64,000 nt of DNA from Octopus sinensis. Taxonomy: Eukaryota. Below are positions 35,703 through 48,514 of the stretch, in pieces. The DNA lies in assembly GCF_006345805.1 (NCBI RefSeq), contig NC_043009.1:18290001-18354000 (forward strand), given 5' to 3'. Positions within the stretch are counted from its first letter, which is position 1; every line of letters begins with the position of its first letter. The notes beneath the pieces were generated by a model. The model did no database searches. It worked only from the letters and a program-made list of their open reading frames with translations, and was not told the DNA's origin. Position numbers and translations under genes: made by a program.

Positions 35703-37384
35703 TCTATTATATCAAAGTCAATGTCTTTATGTGTTCATGTGTTACTTATACATTCGAAAACTGCTGCACCGATCATAATGAAATTTGGAACACAAAATCC
35801 AAGCCTAGGGAGAAGGGTAATGCTGTGTGTTTCATACAATTTCATGGACCAAAATTACTGAATGGATCTTTATGATATTTGAAACTTAGATTCAATGCAT
35901 AAGGGCGGGTATAATGCAATATGTTTGGTTTGAATTTCAGATGGCTTAAAGGGGCAGAACCCCCATGAAAATTCATAAATTTTCGATGTTGATGAAATTT
36001 CAACCATGGGTAATTGACACACATCAGAAGTATTCTCAAAGTTTCCACTTCACATGGGGATTCTAAGACACCCTAATGGGGGCCTTAACTCCCAAATTTT
36101 AGTCATTTCTTTTATGAACCAAAACTAGGTCAAAAGTACAGAATGGATCTTTAGGAAATTTGGAAATTATATTCTATGCATAAGGGCCTTAATCCCCATG
36201 ACAATTCATATATTTTTGCTGTTGATGACATTTTAACCATACATATTAGATACAAATGAAGTAATATTTATAAAATTTCATCTTCTTACAAGTTAGAAAG
36301 ACCCGTTCATGGGGACTTAACACCCACAATTTAGTCATTTTATCTAAGCAAAGATGAATACAGTTGTACTCTTGGAAGCTGTAGGGTCACCTGAGCATAG
36401 AAGATGAGCATTATTTGTAATTCAATGGTACAACAGTGTAAGAGTTTGCTTTGACATATACTTAGATTGTGATTTCTCCAATGTGCTGTATAAATTGTCA
36501 AGTAAATGAGAGGAATCTTTGCTTCCACTGATTCAGTTGCAAAGTGTTGAGTAAAGTTATTTCATTGCAGACCTCCTTCCAGTCTTTTTATTATCACTGG
36601 GTCACACATAGTCTCCAGATGGTAACATTGATTTCAAGGCCTTCCCAGATGAGTGACTGGTTATTCAAAGACATTTATAAATTGTAAATTTATTTTGTCC
36701 AATTACGTATCAGTATAGTGGTCATTTGCAAACTCCAGACGTGACACTTTCATTTCTCCTTAGCCTTCACGTCACACAGTTGTTAATGTTTATTTCAGTT
36801 GGGTCACGCCCTTCCAATTGCTATAGATTCGTAATGCATCTTACGGCTGTGCCAGTCACCTGGACGGTGAGGAATACTACTTTGGGAGTGGTAACGACTA
36901 GGGTAGGATAGCTGACTACTTATTGTGATCATTCGTCTTTTGGTTTCCTGTAGCTTTGCTCTCTTTTACAAATCCAGTGAACATATATTTCCTATTTCAA
37001 AAAAATTCAAACAATAGATATAGGACCCAAGGTAAAATGATTCTCAACAATTCAACTTCTCTGGTTGACATTAAGACGCCCACCCCTAATAGGGGCCTTA
37101 ACTCTCACATTTTAGAGCTTCATGACTTCCATTTTTCAGGAGCAAAATCATTTTAACAGATTCTATAAGACTGGAATTTTGGAATATGCGCATAAAAATC
37201 AGTAGTATGGGATACATGTGGCACGATTACAATTTTTTGGGGGTGTGTAAAGAGGGAAATAACCGTTATCTGCAATTTTGATGAAATTCGAAACATAGGT
37301 ATTCCAGTTCATTACAGAAAATATGACAGAAAAGTCTAATTTTTCAATTGCATGTAACACGGGCAACGTCGGGTAACTCTGTTA

Positions 37385-37385
<1 letters not shown>
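35703..37385 (+). mobile_element. non-autonomous Helitron-like element with internal repeats and a 0.7 kb unrelated insert
   Basis: A|TCTATTATATCAAAG 5' end; 3' acgggcaacgtcgggtaactctgTTAG|T; roughly 270-bp unit repeated at about 35845-36110 and 36115-36340, partly again at 37065-37300. Confidence 0.7.
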
Positions 37386-37420
<35 letters not shown>

Positions 37421-37737
37421 ACATACATGCACACGCATAAAATCTCCTGGCGTATGCATATACAAGTTAGTTGTTACACGCGAAAGAAAGAGAAGGAAAA
37501 AATCAGAAAATATTAAGTGTGGGGAGAAGGAAGAAAATAGTGGAGAAGAAGAAAAAGAAAATAAAAGAAAAAGAAACAGAGAACTAGCGAGGGAAAGTGG
37601 GGAAATAGATAGGTATATATATATATATTTCGTTTTGGGATTTGGTCTGCAAGATTCTTTATATGAGTTATAAGGCACATTATAAGGCACAAAAAGAAAA
37701 TGACTCTACCCAGACACAACACTATATATATATAATC

Positions 37738-37870
37738 AAAATAAGCAACAAGGATATCCAGATGTAATGCAGTACGATCGTTTGGATATCCTTGTTGCTT
37801 ATGTTGATTGTAATCATTCCATTTTGATTATTATGGATAATACCATACTAAATTCTGGTGCCTTTAACTT
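37738..37870 (+). mobile_element. PLE-type tail with a short inverted junction
   Basis: 26-bp arms atcaaaataagcaacaaggatatcca / tggatatccttgttgcttatgttgat; homologous to 55783-56030. Confidence 0.65.
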
Positions 37871-37872
37871 AA

Positions 37873-38136
37873 CCCCTCACCCAACAATTATTTTGAAAAT
37901 AAATGTATTTTTTCAGACATATTTTTTTATTGTTTTATTTTACTATGTTTTGAATGGTGATTTCGAGGTATATTTCAAACCTTATTTATTATGAATTTTA
38001 ATTCAATAATATTGATTTTAAATTACTCGTTTGCTGTCGATTTTGGCGAGTCTATCTTTTGACGAGTTAACTCGCCAGAGATAGAAAAAAACGATTTCGG
38101 TCAAAACGCATATATTCGTTTCTGCTGGGTAAGGGG
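37873..38136. mobile_element. piggyBac-type MITE (264 bp) with TTAA target duplication
   Basis: TTAA-cccctcacccaac ... gctgggtaagggg-TTAA; the paralogous repeat at 56000-56025 shows the empty site aacTTAAgtaccatattc. Confidence 0.85.
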
Positions 38137-38190
38137 TTAAGTACCATATTCAACTGAATTAAAATTTTACTGATATATATATCATTCTAT

Positions 38191-38583
38191 TACATTCTTT
38201 CACTTGTTTCAGTCATTTGACTGCGGTCATGCTGGGGCACTAACTTTAGTCGAAGAAATCGACCTCAGGATTTATTCTTTGTAAGCCTAGTACTTATGTT
38301 ATCGGTGTCTTTTGCCGAACCACTAAGTTTCGTGAACGTAAACGCACCAGCATCTGTTGTCAAGCGACATCGGGGTGACAAATACAGACACGCACACATA
38401 AATATATACATATATATATACGATGGGCTTCTTTGAGTTTCCGTCTACCAAATCCTCTCACACGGTTTTAGTTTGCCCGAGGCTATAGTAGAAGACACTT
38501 GCCCAAGGTGCGACGCAGTGGGACCGAACCCGGAACCATATGGTTGAGAAGCAAGCTTCTCATCACACAGCCACGCCTGCGCC
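38191..38583 (-). mobile_element. SINE family A, full length
   Basis: Reverse complement of the family A consensus. Confidence 0.9.
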
Positions 38584-38926
38584 TATACACACACACAAAC
38601 ACACACACACATACACACACATACACACGCGCGCACACACACATGCATATTTAAATACATACACACACATATGCATATTTATATACATATATGTATATAT
38701 ACACACACACACATATGGGTATTGTTTTCTGAGACGGAAAAAATAGTAGGAGGAAAGGAAATTTTATTTGATTCACTTGAAGTTGTATTGTTCAGCTTGT
38801 CCTACTGATGCTAACAGAAACCACTCATACACTGGATGTTGTGACCCTTTGGCCTACATTGATATTACATAATCATGCATCATATCATTAAATCTTATTT
38901 CCTTCCTATTTGCCAGACCTTCACGT

Positions 38927-38997
<71 letters not shown>

Positions 38998-39479
38998 CAT
39001 AATCATTTTCATTTGTCTCAACTGACACAACGCTTCTTGCAGTCATGTCCGCCTCTTCTTCCTTATTCTTTTTTGAAGGAGCAATTTTGCGATTCTCCAA
39101 GTGACGTAAAAAGAGAAACACCTGAACTATGACTGCATAATATTTACACCAGCGACATCATTGACGTTTCCTACTGATGATATTCTTAATAGTCAGACAC
39201 ATGACAAATCTTGGCTCAGAAGACGTAGAAACAAAAAAACATTCCAGGAATACATTATCTCTCCTTTACTTATTCAAGTTGTAGAGTGTGAGTTGAGAGA
39301 AATGGCTACTATTTCTAGCAGGTAGAGCAAACAGTTAGAGTATCATGTGTAGGTTGTTATCGATGTTTTTAGTGTTGTATTGTTGTTTGTCTCAAATGTA
39401 CTGGAAACAAAAACAAAAACAAAAACAACATAAAATATAGAAACCGTCACTATGACAACCTTAGAACCTTCCTCCGTGC

Positions 39480-40300
39480 AATTCAGTTGTTGACATCAGA
39501 TATTGTTTTGAAGGTAAACTATTTAATAAATTCAGATTTCACTCCCATCAACTTATCAACATCCAACACATCTTAGAGTTTCAATATATCGATGGAAATT
39601 CTATTCTATTTCCAGAAACCAGTCTACAATTTCAACAGTACTTATGATTTTTAGGCCTCAGTGAATATCAAGAAGACGGAAGTTCCCAGGCAACATTCTC
39701 CAAAACCTCCATAATTTCAAAATCACCATCCCTGATATATCTGTTGAAAATGTTGATAACTTCCCCTTTCTTGGATGGATTCTTTCTAACAAATGTGCTT
39801 CCGAAAAGAATGAAGAACACATTTATTGGATCAACCTATCCAACATGATGAAAATTGGCAAAACAAGTCTTTAAGAACGTATATCTATCCCCAACCAACC
39901 ATCAATAAAAAAAAAAGGAAAAGAAAAAGCTGATGCTCTATCAAGCTGTCATCGTCTCATCTTTTTTATACGGTTGTGAAACATGGCCACTTTGACGCTT
40001 GGACACCAAAAAGCCAAGACTTTTCCATCAGCTATCTTAAACAACAAATGGGGGAGGGGGGCTACGTAACCGGTAATATTTTCCAAGAAAAAGCGAGCAG
40101 TTTAGCATAGAATCAACAATGACGGAACATGAGCTACGATGCAGTCAGAATGAAAGAAAAAGGATTTTCTAGTCAGCGGGAAAAGATCTCGAAGGTGTTT
40201 TTTCTGGCGTTACAAAAACCAACTAATATCAACCATCATAATGATTGGGATTTGAAACAGATACATGCGAAACTGGGCGTCCAATTTCTAAGGGCCAAGA
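39480..40300 (+). pseudogene. RTE-clade LINE RT C-terminal fragment, heavily decayed
   Basis: LEFQYIDG (QYADD-like), GLSVNIKKTEV, VENVDNF, LYQAVIVSSFLYGCETW, FHQ in the correct order. Confidence 0.85.
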
Positions 40301-40529
40301 ACCCACTGATGAATGATATAGGAATCAAGGGTCCACTTGATCTAAATTTACTTGAGTTCTACTGATAGCCATTAAGGAGGGAAAGTGATTCAAGGTGTTT
40401 TTAATAAGGTTTTTAATAATGGCTGTCTCCACCACCTTTGGAGGAAGCCAGTGAGATAGGGTGATGGGGAAGTTGCTGCTTTGGGATAGGGCGCATTCTA
40501 ACTTGTTTACAAAGATGTAGATATATCCG

Positions 40530-40560
<31 letters not shown>

Positions 40561-40779
40561 AGGGAGAAAGAAGGATGGAGAGAGACGCACACAATGTGAG
40601 AGAGAGTGAAAGAAAGAAAGAAAGAGCAACACGTTGGTAACGCTAGATACTGTTTTGGGGGTGGGAGCACTAAGTAGTGATGCGTCAGTGAAAACACTGC
40701 TTTAGGGATATGGAGCTGTGATGCATATATATGCGAGGTGGGAAGACTTGTAGAGAAGAAAGGATAGATAAGGATAACA

Positions 40780-41580
40780 TTAGGTTGTCCGGAAAGTTCT
40801 AAGCGTTTTTAAGTTAAATCTTTTAATGCTTCATTGAACACACCTGAAACGTAACACAATTAAATATTTTGGCGTCCTTGAAGTGGTAGTACATCTCTTC
40901 TTTGTTCTTGACTAAATATATATTTATCTTTCATTCTGGTTACTTTTTATTGACATTTGAAATGGAGAACCAAAAATTTCATACTCGCTTTAAAAAAATG
41001 AAATGCTGCAAAGACTTTCAAAATATTTGTGAAGTTTATGATGATGATGATGCTGTCGGTGAATCAACTGTTCGAAAGTGGTCTGCAAAATGTAAAGCTG
41101 GCGAGTTTAGCTTGGAAGATGACAGTCGCAATAGAAGACCTTCAAAATTGGATGAAGATGTTTTGAAGGCAAAAATCGAAGGTAACTTAAATATCACGAC
41201 TAGAGAACTTGCAGAGGAGTTGGAAGATTCTAAAAGTACGGTTTATGAACACCAAGTAAAGCTAGGGTACATTTCTTGCTGCAAATTATGGATCCCTCAC
41301 AAATTCTCAGAAAAGAATTGTTTGGACCGGTATTCTGTTTGTGATATGCTTTGAAACGGAATGAAAGCATACACGGAGATGAAAAATGGACGTAAACGTA
41401 GTGCAAAATAATCCTGGAGTTTGTGTAAGGATCCCACAAGACAGCAACCAAAGACGAATATCTTGTGTTTGGTGAGATCAGAAAGGCATTATTTATTATG
41501 AGCTTCTCATACAAAACCAGACCATTAATTGTGATGTGTACTGTCGTCAGTTGGTTAATTTAAACCAAAAATCAAAGACT
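40780..41580 (+). mobile_element. mariner transposon 5' part, decayed
   Basis: TIR-like TTAGGTTGTCCGGAAAGTT; ORF MENQKFH..TVRKW..RRPSKLDED..WIPHKF; then GDEKW and CVW.DQKGIIYYELL..QTINCDVYCRQL. Confidence 0.9.
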
Positions 41581-41951
41581 TAATATTTCATGTATGTCCG
41601 AAGCAAAGCGGTAAAAAAATACGGAGGTTTATCCGCTGAAGTACTATACACAAAACCCTCAAGATGTAGCACTGAAGGAAAAAGTGATACCGCAAAAATT
41701 GGTACAGAAAATTTTGGAATGGAAGGGTAGTGAATTTGGGAGTGGGTGAGAGAGCTTGTGAGTTGTGTGATATATGAAGGCATTCCTCGTGGTTTGAATG
41801 ATGATTTGCATGTTGTACAGTGTAGCGTTAGTGTAGTTCAAAGTAGTGTGTATCCTACGGCAGTAGAGTGTAAAAGAGTATACTGCTGTGGCATGTTATA
41901 TAGTGAGTGTAATATTGGGAACAAGAATGTAGTTGATTGCAGTGTATTATA

Positions 41952-42380
41952 TTCTTTTATTCTTTTACTTGTTTCAGTCATTTGACTGGGGCCATGCTGG
42001 AGCACCACCTTTAGTCGACCAAATCGACCCCAGGACTTATTCTTTGTAAGCCTAGTACTTATTCTACCGGTCTCTTTTACCGAACCGCTAAGTTACGGGG
42101 ACGTAAACACAAACATACAAACATATAATACACACACACACACACACACACACAACACACACACACACACACCACACACACACACATATATATATATATA
42201 TTATATATATATATATATACATATATATGACAGGCTTCTTTCAGTTTCCGTCTATCAAATCCACTCACAAGGCTTTGGTCGGCCCGAGAAGACACTTGCC
42301 CAAGGTGCCACGCAGTGGGAATAAACCCGGAACCATGTGGTTGGTAAGCAAGCTGCTAACCACACAGCCACTCCTGCGCC
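41952..42380 (-). mobile_element. SINE family A, full length
   Basis: Reverse complement of the family A consensus. Confidence 0.9.
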
Positions 42381-42451
42381 TGTAATAAATATAGTGTAAT
42401 GAATAAGTTAATGTAGTTTAATCTACGGTTACGTAATATTGTGTAATGAAT

Positions 42452-42666
42452 AAGGCGGCGATCTGGCAGAAACGTTAGCACGCCGGGCGAAATGCTTAGT
42501 GGTATTTCGTCTGTCTGTACGTTCTGAGTTCAAATTTCGCCGAGGTCGACTTTGCCTCTCATCCTTTCGGGGTCAATAAATTAAGTGCCAGTTGCTTACA
42601 GGGGTCGATCTAATCGACTGGCCCACTCACCAAAAATTTCGGGCCTTGTGCCTAGAGTAGAAAAGA
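42452..42666 (+). mobile_element. SINE family B, full length
   Basis: AAGGCGGCGATCTGGCAGAAACG (A-box), GAGTTCAAATTTC (B-box). Confidence 0.9.
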
Positions 42667-42689
42667 ATATCGTGCAATGAATATAGTGT

Positions 42690-44120
42690 AGTTAGGTTTA
42701 AGTGTAATAAATTGCGGTGCAATGTAGGTTAGTAAAGCGCAGTTTAGTGTAATGGAATAGAGAGTAGTTTTAGCGTACCGCAATATGGAGTAGTTTCAAG
42801 TAATGTAATATAGGATATTTTAGTGTAATGCAATACAGAGTAGATTAGTGTTGTCTAATATAGAGTAGTTTAGTGTCGTGTAATATAGAATAGGAGTAGT
42901 CTAATGTAATATAGATTAGTTTATTGTAGTGTAATATAGTGTAATCAAGTGTACTGTAACATAGAGTAGATTAGTGTAATATTGAGTAGTTTAGTTTAGT
43001 GTAATATAGAACAGTTTAGTGTAATTTCATATACGCTAGTTTATAGAGGTGTAATATGGCATAGTTTAGAGTACTGGCATTTTAATGTCCAGCGAGCGGG
43101 ACCCGTGAACATTTCACCGAATTAATGGAAAACTTTGTGGATTATTTCTGAAAACTTTATCCAAAAAACCTGAAAGCATAGCCTGTGTTGTATCTGTATC
43201 AAAAGTTAGTCGTTCATCTGCTAATCATTGAAAAGTGAAGGAAATTGAAATACGATGTTTACTTAATGCACTTTACATATACACTTTGTATAGTTTATGC
43301 TCAATTTTATAAACTTAATATACAACATTTCCCTCTTTCTCTCTTACTCTTCGCTATATCCTCTTTTATCTCTCTCTTCGCTTTATCTTCTTTTTCTCTC
43401 TCCTTTTTTTTTTTTTTTGCTTTTGCTCTTCACCTTTCGCTTCAACTAAATCACATGAAAGCGTTACAGACGAGCTAAATAACGGAGAAAAACAAAATTT
43501 AGTTCAAAAAGAAAATTACACATTTCACTCACAACCATCTCCTACCTTCCCCCTTCCCCTTCCTCGTCTCCCTCGTCCTCTTCCAACCCCTCCCATCCTC
43601 CCTCTCTCCCCCTTCAACTAATCACGTGGAAGTGTTACGGACCGGTTAAGTAACGGAGGAACAAACAGAATTATTATTAGATACTATAATATAGTTTAGT
43701 TTAGTAATATATATATGGTAGTTTTCTCTTGTGTACGTTTGTGAAGTTTCGAATAACTTCGAATAGTATAGTTTAATGTACTAAAATAGAGTGTAGCTTA
43801 TTGTATTGCATTGTGGGTAGAGTAACTAAATGTGATATACATTGGAAGTGTGTTTTAGTGTCTTGTAGCAATAGTGTTTTATGTATTTCAATGGAATATA
43901 ACTGAGCTTAGTTTAATGTAACTTGGTGTAATTTTTGGCTCTATATCATTATGCTGTTTAACGCTGATAGAATGTAGTTTAAAGTAATGTAACATTGTGT
44001 AGTTGACTTCAGTGTAAGGTAGAGCATTTTAGTGCATTGAAATATATTGTAACTGGCTGTAATGTAATAAAGGGTTTTAGTGTAGCAGTGCAGTTTAGTG
44101 CTGTGTAGTACGATTTGTAT
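42690..44120. repeat. degenerate TAG/GTA-rich minisatellite-like sequence in two blocks (42690-43070, 43680-44120)
   Basis: Recurrent tagagtagtttagtgtaata-like units; a related stretch lies at 41810-41945. Confidence 0.7.
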
Positions 44121-44614
44121 CAGTGTTGCTCAATTTATCTCACGCTCTGCAATTATTGTTCCGAAGTTTGAAAGAGTTCATGGTAATCATTTACCATCGC
44201 CATCTTTCATTATCGAATATGTTCTGTCCTTTTGAATGACAGCAGATTGTTATTTGGGGGAAATTTTGAGAGGCCTTTTTAGAGTGTCGAGCGACCACTG
44301 AGAGCGTATTTATCTTTACTGTTGTTCGTGGCGTAGCGTGGTGTTGTTGTTGAATATAATAATATAAGGTTGTATAGGTGCAGCCAAGCGTTCACTCATC
44401 GACTACAGGGAGATGTGTTCGAGGATGTAATGAACAGGAGCTAAACGACGATGGCAACAACTATCGCTGCTTCTTCTTCTTCTTCTTCTTCTTCTTTCTT
44501 CTTCTTCTTCTTCTTCATTTCCTCCTCCTCCTTTACTACTACTACTACTACTACTGGTTTTATTTCAGTATCAAAAACAATAAGAACATTATTAACAAAT
44601 TTTGAAAAATACAC

Positions 44615-44950
44615 AGGCACAGGCGTGGCTATGTTGTAAGAAGTTTGCTGCTTGACTACATGGCTCCGAATTCAGTCCCACTGCGTAGCACCTCAAGCAA
44701 GTGTCTTCTACCATAGCACCTGTCTCACCAAAGTCTTTAGTTGACGGAAACTGAAAGAAGCCCGTTGTGTGTGTGTGAGTCTAAGTACTTTGCTGTGTTT
44801 ACATCCCCTCTCTGTAACTTAACAGTTCGGCTCAAAGAGATCAAAAGAATATGTACAAAGCAAAAAAATAAGTAGTGGGGTCGATTTTCTTCGACTAAAA
44901 CCCTTCAAGGCCATGCCCCAGCACGGCCACAGTCCAATGACTGAAACAAA
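44615..44950 (+). mobile_element. SINE family A, diverged
   Basis: Head aggcacaggcgtggctatgttgtaagaag; tail gccacagtccaatgactgaaacaa. Confidence 0.8.
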
Positions 44951-45129
44951 TGGAGGATAACGATATGGCTGATAAACATGTCTCCTGTAAACGTGAAAGG
45001 ATAATTTGGTGGTTAATTGTTGTGCTAGTGCTCATTGTGTCAATTTGATATATATATTAGCTCCCCCAGTACAAGATACCAAATGTTTCACACATTACAC
45101 AATTGAAATGAGCTTATATATATTCTCAA

Positions 45130-45490
45130 CAGGTTGATGCACTTCTGCAACTGTGTAATTGAGGCTTACAGTTCAAATTTATCAAGAAATACCTGCAGTG
45201 GGGGCTAACAACAACGATAAGATTATTAACTCTTGTATAAAATTTGCCGCTTTAAAACAACTGTTACTAAAAAAACTTGCTGCTCTCTACACTGTGGACT
45301 ATTGTGTCATTGAATGGGTCTTGACTTTCAGCATTGGTATCATTTCTGGGTAATTTCTGGGTGGGTGTTGGTTTTAATAAACACTAAATTGGTCTTTTAA
45401 ATAAAGCTTCCATTATCTCCGAGAGAAGCTGGCTTACAGGAGGCAATTGATTTATATCCGTACACCAAGTTTGCGCTGGCGGCAAGATGC
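45130..45490. repeat. 361-bp segment duplicated at 51722-52082 (copy 1)
   Basis: 6 mismatches counted in 361 bp, 5 of them in the first 36 bp. Confidence 0.97.
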
Positions 45491-45739
45491 GCGCGCGCGC
45501 ACACACACACACAATTCTTTGAATATGAGTATATATGTTCATGTTGGTGTGTTCGAAGATAACAAAACATACTTAAAATATCTGTCTAAAAATGCTCCTT
45601 CCTATCAATGCACACACACTCAAACATACACAGATACACGCACACACACACACACGAACACACACACATTAAGGGAAAGAGGGGAAGGAAAGAGAGAGAG
45701 GAAGATAATTTCTTTTTAGCTGTTTTCTGGAGGACGGAG

Positions 45740-46510
45740 TAGTGTTCATGATGTTTGTAGGTCTCCGAGACCGGCGAGTTTGATGCCATTACTGTTCCTG
45801 GTGCAGTATGTAGGCCGAACGCAACTAATGGGACGAAAGATGGAGGGACGAATGCGTTGCAGGTGTATGGGTGGAAGGGGTGCGAGAAAAGTCACCTCAA
45901 ACAAACATAGACCATTATAAAAGCGATCGAAAAGAGATAAAGAAGAGAGGGGTCGCCTGTGGGTCAAAGGTTGGATCGTCTGTCAGTGATTTAATGCAAT
46001 CAGTTGAGTAGCTTTTTGTTCGTGATGCTGCATCACCGTTAAAGATGTAAGAGCAGAACTCCATTGAGATCCCTATTTGCTGCATGTAGAGTGTCACCAA
46101 CTGGTAGGGATTGAAATGTTTTATGGCCTTGAAGAGATGGTCCAGTGTTTGAGATGACATCTTTCTATGCTAAAGATCTACTTTTTCCTTAAAGAATTCT
46201 TCGATGGTAGTGAGAACCAGCATTTGAGGCGCTTATGAAGGCTCTATTTATGTACTTCTAATGTTTAGGTGCAGCTTAATGCAGCAGTGTTTTCTAGATA
46301 TGAGGAGTAATTGAGATTTTTTGTTTACTGTTGAAAGAGATAAGACTGACTACACTGAAGGATGCTTTCAAGTTTTCCGTTCCTTGCATCGATGCAAATT
46401 TAGCGTATTGTGTCTAGGTTGTGCGTGGATGATGCATGGTTGAGAAAGGTGAGGAAGGAAACAAGGCTCATGTCATCTGCCAAAGAAAAGCTAATTAACA
46501 GGTGACTATT
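45740..46510 (-). pseudogene. CR1/Jockey-like LINE RT and post-RT fragment
   Basis: SLADDM at about 46470; KHFNPYQLVTLYMQQIGISMEFCSYIF (YKAQIRPSMEYCS-like); SLSLFDRFYNGLC. Confidence 0.8.
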
Positions 46511-48279
46511 TTAATTTAATACTGCTTCTATTCCATATAGCGAATTTTCATTCAACCTGACGGCTATCTGCAATACCAGTGAATTATTAATTATCCAAGT
46601 ATTCTATACGTATCTGAATTTTGTTTTCGACGTCGTACTTAATCCGCTAACGTTTGTTCTCATTTATGTTGGTTCTTCTTATCCATTGGTTTCCTGTTAA
46701 ACTTTCACTTATCCTCTCTTCTTCTTTTGGCTGTATCAATTTATTTATTTTTTTTTTTTGTTTTTTGATACTTCAAGTCTTTCATTTCGTGTTATTGTGC
46801 CAAAAAAAGAATTAAATTTGCGTTGAAAAAACATTGCAGAAGTTTTTTAAAAGAAAAAGTTCTTTATTATAAGCGGAAAAAGGTCTGCATTTTCGAGTGC
46901 TAAAAGTAAATCTAAGTTGTCGAGATAAAACATCATACCGGATGTGAAACTGCAAATGTTGAAGTGAATGAAATCTGGCGAACAACAGACGTATCTAGTT
47001 AAGTATTTATACTTAACGACATCGATGGCTAGAACCAATAAATAAAATGCAACGTAATATGCCTTACTTAGCGAAATAGCACTAAGCGAGGGTTTTACTG
47101 TATCTGTGCGCGCACATATACACACATTCACACATATAATATGTACATACACGCATCATAATGAAAACAGCAAAGATCATCTTCATATCAAAGACAAGGA
47201 GAATATAGTTCAGAAAAATTTATAGCAAGAAGAATTTGGTGTGATAGATGTAAGTGGCACCATAATCTATAGAGCATACACTTCTTAAGAGTAGCATCAA
47301 ATATGGCAACTATTCTCTCCAGCTTTGAGCTACAAAGATAAGATATAGCAGGTTAATCTTTGAGAAAAGAATACCAACCCACACATTCATTTCCTGTGAA
47401 GAAAAAACCTTTCTGAGTTCAAGAAAAGAAAAGATTGTGTAATATTATTGCTTAAGGACAATGTTTCAGATGAGTCCAATATTATCAAAACCAATAGCCG
47501 TCAATGGGTTGGCTAATAAAGGAAGAATACAAAATGTCAGTGCGCAAGACTTGGAGAAGTTAGCTCAGATACTTGGTAAAGATTTATCGATTGGAGATCT
47601 GGAGAAGCTTTTACTGCAAAAAACCCAAAATGAACTTAAAACCCATCTGTAGAGCTGGCAACACATGAAAGAATTTTTACAACTGAATTCCTCAATAGCA
47701 TCACCACAATTAGGAAAATCATTGACCGGTTTACTGAAAAGGAATCGTATTGGAAGCGTAGCAGCTAGACAGATAAAAAAAAAACAACTTTGCGAAGAAA
47801 AGATTAAATTCAAATGACATTAAATGTATTCATCGAAAAGTAACCAATATGTGGAGAAGTATCGCATTCTTGAGCTTAATACCAGATAAAGCCTCTTCTG
47901 TCTTATTGTCCTATTTCGCGCTGCAGCTTTTCAACTGAATTAGTGGTGAGCGAGTTTGTGTACTCGTGATTAAAACTAATTTATTTAACCTGTTTAATAA
48001 CTCTATAGCATTATATCTGCTTAAACTTGTGGTCTAAATTCAAATCACAATAAGTAACATTACATTGTGCGAAGTTATCTGAAATTATAAAGTATTTGAA
48101 GATGCAAATAAAGTATATGGATTGTTTATCACTTTCATTTGTGTTCGTATTAATGTTAAAAATAGCCTAGCATACTTGTATTTTTTAAATATGCCGTTAT
48201 AATGATCTTGATTAGTGCTGTTTTGTTTATCACTACATTAAAAATGTAACTGCAGTTACACAGTAGTATTACTCTGCAT

Positions 48280-48311
<32 letters not shown>

Positions 48312-48420
48312 TAATCAATATAAGGGTAGCAAAAAATTCAATAGAAATTTTATTCGCCACCAGCGGTCTAGTGAGAAAGAAAAAATAGTCAAGAGACAAT
48401 TTAATATACATTCAACAATA

Positions 48421-48514
<94 letters not shown>

